Assembly (NCBI GenBank): GCA_963739455.1 | Contig: CAVUAK010000001.1 | Location: 2,048,001 to 2,112,000 of the forward strand | Direction: 5' to 3' | Length of the DNA: 64,000 nucleotides | Source: an uncultured Gemmatimonadales bacterium | GTDB taxonomy: Bacteria; Gemmatimonadota; Gemmatimonadetes; Gemmatimonadales; GWC2-71-9 | Position numbers and translations under genes: made by a program | Shown here: in pieces, positions 32,073 to 45,546 of the stretch | Numbering within the stretch: position 1 is the stretch's first letter | Layout: the number at the start of each line of letters is the position of its first letter | The notes under the pieces: generated by a model | What the model was told of the DNA's origin: nothing | Database searches by the model: none | The model's input: the letters and a program-made list of their open reading frames with translations, nothing else

Positions 32073-32689
32073 TGCGCGGATTCTTCCTCGTTCTCGAGGG
32101 TCCCGAGGGCGCGGGGAAGAGCACGCTGGCGGCGACGCTGACGGCGCGTGCACGCGGGACGGGGGCGGAAGTCGTGGCCGTGCGTGAGCCGGGTGGTACC
32201 ACGGCCGCCGAGGCGGCGCGCGCCATCGTGCTGGATCATGCCCACGCGGTCGGGGCGGAGGCGGAGTTGCTGCTGATGCTGGCCGCGCGTGCCGACCTGG
32301 TTCGGCGGGTCATTGTGCCGGCGCTCGAGGCCGGATCGCTGGTCATCGCCGACCGCTTCGACCTGTCGACGAGGGCGTACCAGGTGGCCGGGCGCGGGCT
32401 GCCGGCAGACCTCGTGGCCGCGGCGAACCGGATCGCCACTGGCGGGCTGGTGCCCGACCTGACACTGGTGCTCGACGTGAGGCCCGGTGCAGGTCGGGCG
32501 AGGCAGGCGGCCGCGGGCAAGGCGCGCGACCGGATGGAGTCGGAGCATGCTGATTTTCACGCCCGCGTGGCCGCCGAATATCTGGCGGCATCCGGATCGG
32601 GTGTGCGACATTTGAATGCAGAGCTGCCCGCTGACCGTCTCGCCGAGACGGCGTGGGCAGAGCTGGAACAGTGGTGGAGGCACACATGA
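32072..32689 (+). CDS. tmk: Thymidylate kinase
   Basis: EGPEGAGKST, REPGGT, DRFDLST.AYQ. Confidence 0.94.
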   Translation: MRGFFLVLEGPEGAGKSTLAATLTARARGTGAEVVAVREPGGTTAAEAARAIVLDHAHAVGAEAELLLMLAARADLVRRVIVPALEAGSLVIADRFDLSTRAYQVAGRGLPADLVAAANRIATGGLVPDLTLVLDVRPGAGRARQAAAGKARDRMESEHADFHARVAAEYLAASGSGVRHLNAELPADRLAETAWAELEQWWRHT

Positions 32690-34329
32690 AGCAACGCTGG
32701 GGCATCACCGTCCTCATCGCCGTACTGTCGTTCCTGAGCGGCGGCTGGCTCCTGCAGCGCGGCACGGGCGGGGATGGCGGCGTGTACAAGCAGGCGCGGC
32801 TGTTCGACGACGTCCTGAGCCACGTCCGCAATTTCTACGTCGATTCGATCCCGGAGGCCGATCTCTACACCAAGGCCACCAACGGGATGCTGGACCAGCT
32901 CAAGGATCCGTACTCGGTATTGCTCACTGGTGCGGACTTCAAGGAGCTGACCGAGAAGACGTCGGGCAACTACGCCGGGCTGGGCATCCAGATCGACGTG
33001 CGCGACGGGTGGATCACGGTCGTGGCGCCGCTGCCCGACTCGCCGGCGGAACGTGCCGGCATCCAGACCGGCGACCAGATCGTCGAGGTGGACGGCAAGT
33101 CGACGCAGGGATGGAACAGCGACCAGGCGGTGAAGTCGCTGCGCGGCGAGCCGGGATCCGACGTGGCCATCCTGATCCGGCGGGCCGGTTTCGACGAGTC
33201 GATTCCGTACAAGCTCAACCGTGCCACCATCCACTTCAAGTCCGTGCCGGTCGGCACCGAGTTTGACGGCGGTGTCGGCTACATCTCGCTGAATCCCGTC
33301 CAGGAAACATCGGCGCAGGAACTGCGCGACGAGATCCTGGCCATGCGTGGCAAGGGGATGAAGGCGATGGTCCTCGACCTGCGCAACAACCCTGGTGGCC
33401 TGCTCGACCAGGGTATCAAGGTGTCCGACATCTTCCTCGATCCCGGGCAGGAAGTGGTGTCCACGCGGGGCCGGGCGCGGGGGAGCACGCGGCAGTTCTT
33501 CGACGAGGAGAAGCAGCTCGATCCGGCCCTGCCGATCGTGGTGCTCGTGAGCGAAGGAACGGCGAGTGCCGCGGAGATCATCGCCGGGGCGCTCCAGGAT
33601 CACGATCGCGCCCTCATCGTGGGCACGCCTACCTTCGGCAAGGGCCTGGTGCAGACGCTGTATCCGCTGGGCCAGGAGACTGCGCTCAAGCTGACGACGG
33701 CCCGCTGGTTCACGCCGAGCGGCCGGACCATCCAGCGCAAGGCGAACAGCGAGGAGGACCAGGTGCTGCAGGCGATCGCCGAGGGCAACCCGCTCTCCGC
33801 CGGCGATTCGCTGTCGGCGGCGGACTCGGCAATCAAGGCGCGACCGATCTATCACACCGATGGTGGCCGGATTGTCCGTGGTGGCGGTGGCATCGTGCCC
33901 GACCTCATCGTCCGGCCCGACACCCTGACGACATCCGAGCGGGAGTTCATCAAGGGACTGGGCGAGAAGGTCCAGGCGTACCGTGACGTGCTCACCACGT
34001 ACGCACTCGAGGTCAAGCGCGACAAGACGGTGCGCAGCGAGAACTTCACGGTGACGCCGCAAATGCGGCAGCAGGTGTACGACCGGCTCAAGGCGAAGGG
34101 GGTAACCATCTCTCCCGCTGCCTTCCAGGCCGGCGCGCCACTGCTCGACCAGCAGCTCGGGTACGAGATCAGCCGTTACGTCTTCGGGCGGCCGGCCGAG
34201 TTCCGGCGCCGGGCGCAGGACGATCCCCAGGTGCAGACGGCGATCACCCTGCTGCGGAAGGCACAGTCGCCGAAGCAGCTGCTGACGCTCGCGAGCGCCA
34301 CACCGGCGCCAGGTACGGTCGCGCATTGA
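32686..34329 (+). CDS. ctpA: C-terminal processing peptidase (S41)
   Basis: PDZ domain; DLRNNPGG, SAAEI, TFGKG. Confidence 0.92.
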   Translation: MKQRWGITVLIAVLSFLSGGWLLQRGTGGDGGVYKQARLFDDVLSHVRNFYVDSIPEADLYTKATNGMLDQLKDPYSVLLTGADFKELTEKTSGNYAGLGIQIDVRDGWITVVAPLPDSPAERAGIQTGDQIVEVDGKSTQGWNSDQAVKSLRGEPGSDVAILIRRAGFDESIPYKLNRATIHFKSVPVGTEFDGGVGYISLNPVQETSAQELRDEILAMRGKGMKAMVLDLRNNPGGLLDQGIKVSDIFLDPGQEVVSTRGRARGSTRQFFDEEKQLDPALPIVVLVSEGTASAAEIIAGALQDHDRALIVGTPTFGKGLVQTLYPLGQETALKLTTARWFTPSGRTIQRKANSEEDQVLQAIAEGNPLSAGDSLSAADSAIKARPIYHTDGGRIVRGGGGIVPDLIVRPDTLTTSEREFIKGLGEKVQAYRDVLTTYALEVKRDKTVRSENFTVTPQMRQQVYDRLKAKGVTISPAAFQAGAPLLDQQLGYEISRYVFGRPAEFRRRAQDDPQVQTAITLLRKAQSPKQLLTLASATPAPGTVAH

Positions 34330-34333
34330 CGCG

Positions 34334-35204
34334 ATGACAATTCCAGGGGAGCCCCACCCGACCGTCGCCATCATCGGCGCCGGCCGGGCAGGGAGGGCCC
34401 TCGCGCTCGCCCTGACACGCGCATCGGTCCCGGTGCTCGTGTGTTCCCGCCGAAAGTCCGACCTTCCCCCTGCCATCGAGTGCTCCCTCGAACCGTGGAC
34501 GCTCGCCCTCGAGCGCGCGCGGGTCATTCTCGTCGCTGTGCCCGATGACGCCATCGAGGATGTGGCACGTCGGCTCAGTGACGTATCCCTCGGCGCCACC
34601 GTGGTGCTGCACTGTTCCGGCCTGCGCGATCGCTCCGCCCTGCTGGCGCTCGAGGGCCGCGCGGCGGGCCTCGGCTCATTCCATCCGCTGCAGACCCTGG
34701 CCGGCGATACCGAGGCGGCGGGGCGCCTGCAGGCCGCCTACGCGGTGCTGGAAGGCGACGCGGCGGCGGTGCTCGCCGGGCGGCTCCTGGCCGGCCTGCT
34801 TGGGATGACTGCGCTCGAGATCCGGGCCGCCGAGAAGCCGCGCTATCATGCGGCGGCTGTGATGGTGAGCAACTACACGGTGGCGCTCGTCGCCGTGGCG
34901 GAGCGTCTTGCAGCTGCAGGCCGGGATCCCCGCGGAAGCCGCCGGGCGAATCTTCCTGCCGCTGCTCGAGGGAACGTGGCGGAACCTCGAGATGCGAGGC
35001 ACGACAGACGCGCTCACGGGGCCGATCATGCGGGGCGATACGGGAACGGTGCGGGCGCACCTGGGCGCACTGGACGACGAGACGCGCCGGCTCTATGCGG
35101 TGATGGGACTCGAGGCGGTGAAGGTGGCGCGACGCGGCGGGCTGGAAGAGGTACGGGCCGCCGAGATCGAGGCGGCCCTGCGCGAGGCTATGACTGCTCG
35201 ATGA
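34334..35204 (+). CDS. Rossmann-like + DUF2520 protein; frameshifted
   Basis: IIGAGRAG, HCSG, FHPLQT, YHAAAV, LTGPI.RGD. Confidence 0.85.
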
Positions 35205-35844
35205 CCCGGACGCCGCTCGGGACCTCGAACTGGAAGGTCTTGTCGGTGACGGGATCGTTGGTCTTGAGCTTCGACAGCGTGAGCGTGCGCGTGCCGCCGG
35301 CACGTTCCTCGATGACCACCTTTCGTGGCAGTGCCGTGTCGCGGTCGAGCCAGAGCGTCGCCTTCCTGAACGGGAGGTCGTCGGCAAGCGGCACCAGTTC
35401 CACCACGTCGGTCTGCACGAAGTCCACAAAGTCCCGCTTCACATAGCGCGACCTGTAGCGCTCCGCAGGCTTGTCCAGCAGCCAGGCCAGCACGTTGAAG
35501 CCATAGACCGGCCCCGTCGGAATCGGCATCCGGAGCACCTGGCCCGGCGTGGTGCTCGGGGTGTACACCCAGACGTACTGGCCATCGAGGATGATCGCGT
35601 CGCCCTTCGGGTCGCTGAACCGCATCGTCAGCTTGTTCTGTCCCGACTGCACCATGACCCCGTGGCTCTCGAACGTCCCCACCGCATCGTCGTCGATCAC
35701 CTGCTTGAAGTCGGCCCGGAGTGAGGTGAGGCTGCGATAGACCTTCGCCGCGCGTCCCACGATGACGTTGGCATCGTCCTGGGTGACGGGCGCGGACCGG
35801 CCCGCGAGGGCGCACACGACGGCGAGACTGAAGAGCACCTTCAC
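35188..35844 (-). CDS. lolA: Outer-membrane lipoprotein carrier LolA family
   Basis: SLRADFKQ…[10 protein letters not shown]…FQFEVP. Confidence 0.8.
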   Translation of the reverse strand: MKVLFSLAVVCALAGRSAPVTQDDANVIVGRAAKVYRSLTSLRADFKQVIDDDAVGTFESHGVMVQSGQNKLTMRFSDPKGDAIILDGQYVWVYTPSTTPGQVLRMPIPTGPVYGFNVLAWLLDKPAERYRSRYVKRDFVDFVQTDVVELVPLADDLPFRKATLWLDRDTALPRKVVIEERAGGTRTLTLSKLKTNDPVTDKTFQFEVPSGVRVIEQS

Positions 35845-36881
35845 GCGGATACCCCGACTGGAACGGGAATGCTGCGGCCAATGGCCTCGGCGATGACCCG
35901 GGCTTCACGCATCAGCGTGCCGAACTGCGCGGGGTCGAGACTCTGCACCCCGTCCGACAGCGCGCGCTCGGGGGTGGGGTGAACCTCGATGAGGAGACCA
36001 TCTGCGCCCGCCGCGACGGCAGCGCGCGCCATCGGGATCACCATGTCACGCCGGCCGGTGCCATGGCTCGGGTCGGCGACGATGGGCAGGTGCGACAGGT
36101 GATGCACCACCGGGATCGCGGACAAGTCGAAGAGATTGCGCGTGACACTGTCGAAGCCGCGCAGTCCCCGCTCGCAGAGGATCACATCGGGATTGCCCTC
36201 GGCGAGCAGGTACTCCGCGGACAGCAGGAGGTCCTGGATGGTCGCCGACAGGCCGCGCTTGAGCAGGACCGGCTTGCCGCTGCGCCCGGCGCTCTTGAGC
36301 AGGGAATAGTTCTGCATGTTGCGGGCGCCGATCTGCACGATGTCGGCCACCTCGACCACCAGGTCGAGTTGCTCGGCATCCATCGCCTCGGTGACGATGA
36401 GGAGCCCGGTTTCCGCGCGCGCGAGCGCCAGGAGCCGGAGCCCCTCGGGACCGAGACCCTGGAAGGAATAGGGTGACGAGCGCGGCTTGAACGCACCACC
36501 ACGGAGAATGGAGGCGCCGGCGGCGCGGACGGCGCGCGCGGCCTCGAGGATCTGCGACTCGCTCTCGACCGAGCAGGGTCCTGCCATGACGGCGAGTTCC
36601 GCCCCGCCGATAGTCACCCCACCCGCGAGTCGCACCACCGTCGGCTCGGCCCGCCACTCGCGCGACACCTGCTTGTACGGCTTGGTGACGTGAATGATCT
36701 CGGCCACGCCGGACAGCGCGGCGATGCGTGAGCTGTCGACCCGCCCGTCATTGCCGACGAGGCCCACGGTGGTACGCTGGCGGCCCGGCATGGGCCGCGC
36801 CTCGTAGCCCAGCTCCTCGATCGTGGCCACCACCAGCCGGACCTCCTCGGCGGTGGCGCCGTGACGCATGACGACTAGCAT
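35841..36881 (-). CDS. aroF: DAHP synthase (type I-beta, ACT-fused)
   Basis: [29 protein letters not shown]. Confidence 0.93.
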   Translation of the reverse strand: MLVVMRHGATAEEVRLVVATIEELGYEARPMPGRQRTTVGLVGNDGRVDSSRIAALSGVAEIIHVTKPYKQVSREWRAEPTVVRLAGGVTIGGAELAVMAGPCSVESESQILEAARAVRAAGASILRGGAFKPRSSPYSFQGLGPEGLRLLALARAETGLLIVTEAMDAEQLDLVVEVADIVQIGARNMQNYSLLKSAGRSGKPVLLKRGLSATIQDLLLSAEYLLAEGNPDVILCERGLRGFDSVTRNLFDLSAIPVVHHLSHLPIVADPSHGTGRRDMVIPMARAAVAAGADGLLIEVHPTPERALSDGVQSLDPAQFGTLMREARVIAEAIGRSIPVPVGVSA

Positions 36882-36951
36882 GGCGTCGCTTCGCGACTGG
36901 AGGTGAAGACGCGAGGACTTGAGGACGAGAGGAACAACACTACAGGTTCCG

Positions 36952-39900
36952 TCATGCCTCTACAGGCTCCTCAACTGCCGGGGTCGCGCTTTCCCGGCGC
37001 CGGGGCACGGCGCGGCCTTCGTCGTCGTGATGCTCGCCCAGGCGCACTCCCACAATCGTCGATACGCCCGGCTCCTGCATCGTGACGCCGTAGACGGCAT
37101 CGGCCGCCTGCATGGTGCGCGGGTTGTGAGTAATGACGATGAACTGGGTCGAGTGCTTGAACTCATCCAGCAGCCGGGTGAAGCGCCCGACGTTCGCGTC
37201 GTCCAGTGGCGCGTCCACTTCGTCCATGAGGCAGAACGGGCTTGGCTTGGTGAGGTAGATGCTGAAGAGCAGCGACGTCGCCACCAGGGTACGCTCGCCG
37301 GACGAGAGCAGGTGAATGCGCTGGGTCTTCTTGCCCCGGGGCGAGGCGTGGATCTCGATCTCGCTCTCGAGCGGATCGTCCGGGTCGGCGAGGCGCAGTT
37401 CGCACTCGCCGCCGCCGAACAGGGTCTGGAAAACGGTGAGGAAGTGTGCCTGCACCGCCGTAAAGGTTTCCATGAACAGGTTGCGCGCCGTGCCGTCGAT
37501 CTCACGGATGGCCTGCAGCAGGGACTGGCGCGCGCTGACGAGGTCGTCGCGCTGGGTGGTGAGGAACTCGAGGCGCGTGCTCTCCTCGGCGTGCTCCTCG
37601 ACAGCAAGGGGATTGACCGGCCCGATCCCCTCGAGCTGCTCCACAACCCGCGCCGCCTCCGCTTCCAGTGTCTCGAGGTCCAGGTCGAGTGGCACAAAGC
37701 CCTCGAGCAGCGACGCGAGCGGCTTCCGCCATTCCGCCTCGATACGCTCCTCGATGCGCTTGCGCTGCCCCGCCGATTCAGTGAGCTCCACCTGCAACCG
37801 ATGGCTCTCCTCCACCAGTGACTCGACCTCGCTGCGCGTGGCCGTGAGCGTGCGCTCGGCCAGCTCCAGCTCCGCCTCTCCTTCCGCCAGGGCCAGTTCG
37901 GTGTCGGTAGCCGCGGCCTCCAGCTCGAGCCGCGCGACGCGGCGCTCGTCACGCGAGGCCTGCCACTCCGCCTGCTGCAGCTGCAGCGCCTGCGTGGTGC
38001 GGTCGAGTTCATCGAGCTCGACCCCGAGTGCCGCCGCCGATGCCGCCGCCTGCGCGCGCATTTCACTGACGCGATCGGCACGTTCCACCGCGGCACGGAG
38101 CCGCGCGGCGACATGCGCTTCCTGCACCTGCCAGTGGACCCGCTGTTCCCGCGCGGTCTCCTGGTCTGCCTCGAGCGACTGTTGCTGGCTGCGGGCGGCC
38201 CCGATGGCCTCCTCGCGACGGGCGCGTCCCACCCCAAGCTCCTCGAGCTGGGTGCTGATCTCCGCGACACGACGCTCGGCGGACTGGAGACGCTCCCGCA
38301 GCCGGTCGAGCTGCTGCTCGCTGGAGCTGAGTTCGCGCTGCAGGGAGGCCACGTGGCGAAGCGTCTCTTCCCGGGCCGAGACGGCCTGACGCTCGAGCTC
38401 GCGTGCCGCGTCGAACGCGGTGACCGCCGATGCCAGCGCCATCTCGGCGGCGGCGAAGCTCGCGAGCGTGCCGCTCAACGCGGACTCGGTGGACTGGAAG
38501 TACTGCTCGGCGGCCTGCACGTCGTGGGCGAGGCTGCCCAGTTCGGCGCGCCGGCGAAGCGGGCCACCCTGCGTGACGGCTCCGGCCAGGAAGACCGCGC
38601 CGGTGGCGCGGCGAAGGACGAGGCCCGCCGCATCGAGCACCTCGGAACCGTGCAGGATCGCCTGAACCCACGAAGCTGCCGGACCGTCGGCGCGGACGCG
38701 TTCGGCGAGGGGATGCTGATCGCCGCTGAATCGCGGACCGGGATCGGCAGGCAGCAGCACCAGCGCACCAGGCTGGTGCTCGGCATGCCACGCCTGGATG
38801 GCGGGAATCGCGTCGAGGTCGCGCACCAGCACCGCGTGCACCCAGTCGCCCAGGAGCCGTTCGGCAAGGTCTGCATCGTCGCGCGAGGTGCTGAGGAAGT
38901 CGCTCAGCGGACCGAGGATGTTGCTCCCGAAGCGCTCGCGCGCGGCCAGCAGGGCCACGGCGCCAGGTGCCAGGCCCACTCGCTCACGCTCCAGTTCCTC
39001 GAGCGCCTGCCGGCGTGCCGTGAGCTGCGCAAGGCTTTCCTCGGCGCTGCGCCGTGCCGCGCGATCATGCGCCTCGCGTTCACGCACCTCGGCGACATGA
39101 TGCCGCGCGGCCTCCACCTCGGCCCCCGAGCGCCGCAACTCGAAGCCATGGAATGCGGCACGCTCGACCTGGTGATCCCGGCGGCGCTCGGCGTCGGCCA
39201 GTTCGTGGCGCAGCGCCTCGCGCTGCGCCAGCGCCTGCTCCGCGCGCTCGCGCAGGCCGGTGAGCTCGTGCTCGAGCGCCGCCCGCTCGCTCTCGAGCGA
39301 GGTGCTGCTCTGGAGCGCCTGCTGCGCCTCCTGTTCCAACCGCCGCACCACGTCGCGCTGGTCGGCCAGGCGCTGGCGCACCCCCTCCTCATTCTCGGCT
39401 CGCGAGCCGAGTTCGGCCTGCAGTCGTGCATGCTCCGCGTCGGCGTCACTGCGCTCCACCAGCGCCGCTTCATGCTCCACGGCCGCCTGGGCGGTGCGCG
39501 CCTCCATCTGGCCGCGCTCGTCGCTGGCCCGGAAACGCCGCGCCGAGGCGTTGGCGAGGCGCTCGGCGGCCACGGCAAGGTCGCCCTCGAGCCGGCCGAG
39601 TTCCACGCGTACCGAAGCGAGGCGCGAAGACACCTCGGTGCGCTCCGCCTCGGCGGCGTGGCGCGCGCGACCCGCTGCCTCGCGGCGCTGCTCCGATTCC
39701 GCGAGTGCCTGGCGCCTGGCCGGCAGCACCGGCTCGAGCTCGGCGTATCGCCGCGTCATGCTTTCGGCGTCGGTGGACAGCTGCTCCAGCAGGCGCTGTG
39801 ACAGCGTCAACTGCAGCGCGAACTTCTCTTCCGTCAGCTTGACATGCCGTTCGGCACGACCCTTCTGGCGCGCGAGGCTGCGAAGCTGGGACTGCACCTC

Positions 39901-40488
39901 GGCGATCAGGTCCTCGACGCGCTGCAGGTCCTGGTGAGTTTCCTCGAGCCGGCGCTCGGTGCTGTGCTTCCGGTCGCGATACAGGCTGATGCCCGCCGCC
40001 TCCTCGAAGAGCGACCGCCGCTCGTCGGCCCGATCAGAGAGGAGCAACTCGATCATCTTCGCCTCGATGACCACGCCGGCATCGCTGCCCAGGCCAGTGC
40101 CACGCAGCAGGTCCTGGATATCCCGGAGCCGCACAGGAGCCTTGTTCAGCAGGTACTCGCTGTTTCCGGCGCGTGAGAGGCGACGGGTGATCACCACCTC
40201 CCGGTAGGCAATGGGCAGGTCACCGTCGGCGTTGTCGAGGTAGAGCGAGACCTCGGTGAAGTTCACCGGTCGCCTGGTGGCGGCGCCCTGGAAGATGACA
40301 TCCTCCATCTTGCCGCCGCGCAGCAGCCGGGCTGACTGCTCACCCAGCACCCAGCGGACCGCATCGGACACATTCGACTTGCCACAGCCGTTAGGCCCCA
40401 CAATCGCGGTAACGCCGGTCTCGAAGGTGAGCTCAACGGTGTCGGCGAATGACTTGAAGCCGGAGAGCTCGAGTTTCGTGAGCTTCAT
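36952..40488 (-). CDS. smc: Chromosome segregation protein SMC
   Basis: [15 protein letters not shown], coiled coils, [14 protein letters not shown]. Confidence 0.96.
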   Translation of the reverse strand: MKLTKLELSGFKSFADTVELTFETGVTAIVGPNGCGKSNVSDAVRWVLGEQSARLLRGGKMEDVIFQGAATRRPVNFTEVSLYLDNADGDLPIAYREVVITRRLSRAGNSEYLLNKAPVRLRDIQDLLRGTGLGSDAGVVIEAKMIELLLSDRADERRSLFEEAAGISLYRDRKHSTERRLEETHQDLQRVEDLIAEVQSQLRSLARQKGRAERHVKLTEEKFALQLTLSQRLLEQLSTDAESMTRRYAELEPVLPARRQALAESEQRREAAGRARHAAEAERTEVSSRLASVRVELGRLEGDLAVAAERLANASARRFRASDERGQMEARTAQAAVEHEAALVERSDADAEHARLQAELGSRAENEEGVRQRLADQRDVVRRLEQEAQQALQSSTSLESERAALEHELTGLRERAEQALAQREALRHELADAERRRDHQVERAAFHGFELRRSGAEVEAARHHVAEVREREAHDRAARRSAEESLAQLTARRQALEELERERVGLAPGAVALLAARERFGSNILGPLSDFLSTSRDDADLAERLLGDWVHAVLVRDLDAIPAIQAWHAEHQPGALVLLPADPGPRFSGDQHPLAERVRADGPAASWVQAILHGSEVLDAAGLVLRRATGAVFLAGAVTQGGPLRRRAELGSLAHDVQAAEQYFQSTESALSGTLASFAAAEMALASAVTAFDAARELERQAVSAREETLRHVASLQRELSSSEQQLDRLRERLQSAERRVAEISTQLEELGVGRARREEAIGAARSQQQSLEADQETAREQRVHWQVQEAHVAARLRAAVERADRVSEMRAQAAASAAALGVELDELDRTTQALQLQQAEWQASRDERRVARLELEAAATDTELALAEGEAELELAERTLTATRSEVESLVEESHRLQVELTESAGQRKRIEERIEAEWRKPLASLLEGFVPLDLDLETLEAEAARVVEQLEGIGPVNPLAVEEHAEESTRLEFLTTQRDDLVSARQSLLQAIREIDGTARNLFMETFTAVQAHFLTVFQTLFGGGECELRLADPDDPLESEIEIHASPRGKKTQRIHLLSSGERTLVATSLLFSIYLTKPSPFCLMDEVDAPLDDANVGRFTRLLDEFKHSTQFIVITHNPRTMQAADAVYGVTMQEPGVSTIVGVRLGEHHDDEGRAVPRRRESATPAVEEPVEA

Positions 40489-40516
40489 CGGGAAATCCTG
40501 GACAGTGAAGGGATGG

Positions 40517-41906
40517 TCAGGGCACCGGCGCGCCGGGCCCGCTGATGACGAACGACGGCATGCCGAGCGAACGACTGGCGGAATCGGCCTGCTCGCGCGA
40601 GGCAAACGGGCCCACGACGACACGATACACGTCGTCGGCGTTGGCAGGATCAACGACGCTTGCCTTGATGCCGGCCGCCGCAATCTTCTCGGCGAGTTCC
40701 CGCGCCCAGGCGGGATTCCGCGAGCTGCTCACCTGGAGGAAGAATCGCTGTGCGGAGCCGGTAGCGGAGGTATCCGCCGGGCCGGCGAGCGTATCACTCG
40801 CCACCACAACGTCCTCCACCGCTGACGTCGGTGCCCATGCGAGCGGCACCCAGATATCGTCGGCGGACTTCGACACCTGTCCCCGGGGCTTCAGGCCGTC
40901 GCGCTCGAGGTCGAGACCAACGACGTCGCGCCCCTTGCGCACCAGCAGCAGGAACGGCGGCGCGATCAGGGGCAGGTCGTCATCCCATGCCGTGACGGTC
41001 CGTGCCACCACGCTCCGCGCCGTCAGGTCCACCACACTCAAGGTGTCGCCCTTCCGGGAGCGGACCAGCATCCAGAGGCCGTAGAGGTCTCCCGCGCAGG
41101 TCGATCGCGCCACCGGGCACCTCGATGCCGTCGCGCTCCCGGGCGGAATAGCGGTCGAGGGCCATCACCTCGTCCTCGTCCCGCCCGATGTACAGCCGGT
41201 GGCCCGAGGGCGAGAACATCACGGCCCTCGCATGGTCGGACACGTCGACGACAGTCGGCTTCTTCGCTCCCGATGGATCGGCGAGCACGACGGCCGAGTC
41301 GGCCGCCACGGCCACCAGGTCTCCCGCCAGCGTCGCGGTGGCGTTGCCGGACGGCATCGAAAACGTCTCCGCCGGTCCCTCGGACTCGAAGACCGTCAGG
41401 TCGGCGCGCCGCGGTGTCGGCAGCACGAGCAGCCGCCCAGACGCGGTCCCGACAAGGTCCGTGGCACTGGCCGGCAGTGCATCGGCGAGCGTCAGCGGGC
41501 GTCGTCCCCGCACTTCGGTAACCTTGCCTGAGGTGTCGACCGAGAAGAGGGTCCCATCGGGTCCGACGGCCGCGTTGCGAACACCCTTGCGCAGGACGCG
41601 CGCGCGACGGGCCCGCAAGTCGATGGCAACGAGGGCACGGCTGGAATCGAGGGCGTAGACCAGGCCCTGGTCGAGATCAACGCCGATGTACCGCCGGATC
41701 GCGGGTACCCTCGCCACCGACCAGCCGAGCGGCGTGAGGTCGGTGCTGCGGTATGCGACCGCCTCGCCCCCGTGTGCGGGCAGCCGCAACAGGGTCGTCG
41801 GACCGGGAGAATGGAGCACCAGGGGAAGCGCCGCGAGTGGCTCGCGACCGGACTTGTCGCAGGCCGCGAGCAGGGTGACGACCAGGAGGATGTGGCGGAC
41901 ATTCAC
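40517..41906 (-). CDS. Lipoprotein with beta-propeller-like region and C-terminal SPOR domain; frameshifted
   Basis: LAAC lipobox; FFLQVSS…YRVVVGPFASREQA. Confidence 0.75.
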
Positions 41907-41955
41907 GCCGGCAAAGATAATGACGACGGCGCGGTGGCGGGGCCGGGAATCGGCG

Positions 41956-44900
41956 CTAGAATGTCGGCCCGAGGCTCAGGGTGACGAGGCTGCCATAGTA
42001 GGGCTGGCGCGCCAGGGGGAACGACCAGTCGAGTCGCAGGATCATGAGGCCATACAGGTTCATCCGGGCACCCACGCCCCAGGCGGCAATCGGGGCCCTG
42101 AAGTTGACGGGGCTGGCGTCGTTCGTGGACCAGCGAATGACGCTGCCCTGGTTCCAGGAGAGGCCCGCATCGAAGAAGGCGACGCCCTCGATGGGCGGAA
42201 GCCCCTTCGGCGCGAACTTCATCTGCGGCGTCAGCAGGGGGAAGCGCAACTCGAAGTTCGCGATGGCCAGTTGCTGCCCCACCAGCCGCAGCAGCGGCTG
42301 ACAGATGATGTTTGCGCCCGGCGCCAGGCACTCATTGCGCTGATAGGAGCCCGAGGTATTGCCCCGGACCAGGTCAGGCACGCCGATGAACACGTCAAAC
42401 TGGTTCGCGTCACGCCCCAGGCGCCCGTAGAAGAGGCCGCGGAAGGCAAAGACGAACGGTCCCTTGATCTGGGTGTAGCGACGATAGTCCAGCAGGAGCT
42501 GGGTGTACTGCCAGGTGCCGATGCTCTGGCTCAGTGCGAGCCGGTACCTCGTGCCAAGGTAGGGGCCCACGTAGCCGAAGATCGTGTTGTCGAAGACGTA
42601 CGCCACGGTGGGGAGCGTGAAGAACACTCCCGGGCGGCTGACGGTCTGGTACTCCGCGTTGGTGACGGGGAATCCCTGGGCGTCGAACTGCTGCACCAGG
42701 CTCACCAGCGCGTCATCAATGAACCCGATTCGCAGGTCCGTCTCGATCCGCCGGAAGCGGCTCAGGGGGTACCAGGCGGTACCCTGCACGAAGCGACTCA
42801 ACAGTCGACGCGTGTTGACGCGTGTCGTGAAGCCACCATCCGCGTTGGGCACGAGCGTGCTCGGCTCGGCGAAGTAATACGGAATCTGGGTGGCGCCGAT
42901 CGACCAGTTGATGCGGTTGGCGAGATTGGCGTACGACGCCGTGGCAAACGCCTCACCGATGCGCCCGTTGATGGCGAGGCCGAATGCCAACTGGTTGTTG
43001 CCCAGCACGTCGCTCAGCGTAATGGCGGTGCTGCCGTAGATCCCGTTGCCGGTGTTGTCCCGGACGTACCCCACCTGCGGGCGGGCGATATAGTCGGGCG
43101 TGTACTTCTTCCGGTATTTCTGGAAGGCGAACTCGCTGGTGTCCGGCAGGGCCAGCTCTGCTGAATCGAGCAGTCGTGCAATCGAGACGGGCTGGGGGAT
43201 GGGCGCATTGGCACTGTCGCCACTTGGCACGGGTACCGAGTCCGCGCGACGGAACCCCTGCTTGCCGCGGTAGATGGAGCCACCCTCGCCCACCTCGGGG
43301 CGGGCGCTGATGCTGTCCGGTGCCACGCGGGTCACCACCTGGACCGCGCGCCGCGCGCTGTCCTCGGGTGCCGGTGCCCGCCACGGCGACCGTGCCAGTG
43401 AACGCGGGTTGCTCAGCAGGTAGACATTGAAGCCGCCGCGCTCGTAGTACATGAACGCGACCTTGTCGGCGTCCGGGGCCCAGCTCAACACCGGCGACAG
43501 GGGCGTGAAGCCCGCCGACCCGGTGAGCAGGTGGGTCAGCTGGAACACCTCCTGCTGCGCGAAATCGTAGAGGTAGAGGTCGCTCACGCCACCGCGGTCG
43601 GAGACGAACACGAGCGACTTCCCGTCGGGCGACCAGGCGGGGTTGATGTTCTTCCCGTGATCCATGTGGTCGAGCACGCGCACGTCGCCGGTCACGAGGT
43701 CGTACACGCCGATGCGAAAGTTCCCGGCCCTCAGCAGGTCGAAGTTCGTGCCCGGCCCCCGGTCGGTCGTGAAGGCGATGGTCTTGCCATCGGGCGACCA
43801 GGCGGGGTGCAGCTCGGCGTAGCGATCCGCGGTGAGCTGCTTCAGGCCCGGACCCGTCCACGTTGACGATGAACAGGTCGGACCACCCTCCCACATAGCC
43901 GGTGAAGACAAGCTGCTTGCCGTCGGGGCTCCAGCTCGGCGTGGTGAGGCCGTCGATTTTCACGGTGATGCGGTGCACCGTCTTGTTGCGTTTCGGTTCC
44001 AGGATGATGATGTCGTCGTACTTTCCCCGCCGACCGGTGACCGCGAGGTACTTCCCGTCGCGCGACCAGGCGGCCTGGCTGTTGAGGAACCGGAAGGTTT
44101 CGTAGTTGCTGCTCCAGGTGGGCTTGAGCAGGCGTCGCTGTCAGCTTGCCGGTGGCGGCATCGGCCAGGAACATGTCGATGGAGAAGCCGTCGCGCTCAC
44201 TGAAGTAGGCGATCTGGGTGCCGTCGGGCGAGATGGCCGGTGCGATGTGCAGGCGGCCCCCCGAACGCGCCGTGTTCAGTGACACCGCGGCGATCTGCTT
44301 CGCCTGTTCCCCGGCGCCAAGCTCCGGCAGGTACTGCTTGAACACGGCATCGCGCCACTGCTGGGACAGCTGCTCGGTGGTGAGGCCGAGGGTACGCCGG
44401 ATGGACCCGTCGATACCACCGGCGAGGGTGCCGGTCAGGATCGCGCCGACCGCCTCGTCGCCCCAGCGCTCACCGATGTAGCTCCAGAGCGCATGACCGA
44501 ACCGGTAGGGAAAGATGTTCGGGTCGAGGGCCAGCTGCTCGATGGTCGGCAGGTTGTTCTCGAAGACCGCGTCGCGCAGCCACATCGCCGTTTCCGGCGT
44601 GGTCGGCCCGAGCGAGAGGTACTCGGCCATGCCCTCCATGAACCAGAGGGGCGGGGCCACCGACGCGATGACCTGCACGTTCGCGCCGGCCTTCCCCTGC
44701 GAGAACACGTCGAACTGGAACTGGTGCACCATTTCGTGCGTGAGCACGTGCTCCGTCTCGCGCAGCGCCCCCTGCAGGAACAGCACGTTCCGCTGGCGGA
44801 AGAAGTCGGTGACACCCTGCGTGCCCTCGCCCACCTCGGTGGTATTGGTCTGCCCGAAGTCGGTGGGGGACGCATACAGGATGATGGTCTTCCGCTCGGT

Positions 44901-45173
44901 GAACCGGTGGTTCAGGATGCGCGAGAGGCGGGCGTAGGAGCGCTCCGCCATGCGCGCGACATCGAGGGAAGCGTTCCGCTCCGACGGGTAAAAGTAGATG
45001 TCGAAGTGGTCCGTCTGGATGATCTGGAAGTTGAACTTGGTGTACTGGACCTTGTTCTGGCCGAAGTATCCATTGAAGTAGTACTGGGCGTGCGCGGTGG
45101 CGGGCACCATGAGGGCGAGCGCGACCAGCGCGGTCGCGACACGCGCCGCGCCGCGCCGGCTAGGACTCGTCAC
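41956..45173 (-). CDS. Peptidase-MA-like + PD40 repeats + Omp85/BamA-type barrel protein; frameshifted
   Basis: HEMVHQF…WFMEGMAEY; PAWSPDGK repeats; VRG motif and C-terminal barrel ending in F. Confidence 0.8.
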
Positions 45174-45546
45174 TGCCGCGGAAGACGACCGGAGCGTCGC
45201 CCCAGAGGCGCTCGAGCTGGTAGAAGGTCCGTGCCTCCGGATGAAAGACGTGCACCATGAAATCGACATAGTCCAGCAGCACCCAGCGGCCGCCCTGTAC
45301 TCCTTCAACGTGATGCGGGTCGTTGCTCTGCTTGCCCAGCGCACTCACCACGGCATCGGCGATCCCGCGGACATGCGCGTCCGACGTACCGGACGCGATG
45401 ATGAAGAAGTCGGCCGTATCGCTTACCGGCCGCAGGTCGAGCACCATCAGTCCCCGCGCCTTGCGGTCCTCTGCGGCCTGCACCGCCTGCGCCACGGGGC
45501 GAGGAAGCCCATGGTGCCGCCGGCCGGAGTCGGGGGCGCGGGTCAC
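45160..45546 (-). CDS. rsfS: Ribosome silencing factor
   Basis: WVLLDY.D..VHVF…R.FY.LE.LW. Confidence 0.93.
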   Translation of the reverse strand: MTRAPDSGRRHHGLPRPVAQAVQAAEDRKARGLMVLDLRPVSDTADFFIIASGTSDAHVRGIADAVVSALGKQSNDPHHVEGVQGGRWVLLDYVDFMVHVFHPEARTFYQLERLWGDAPVVFRGSDES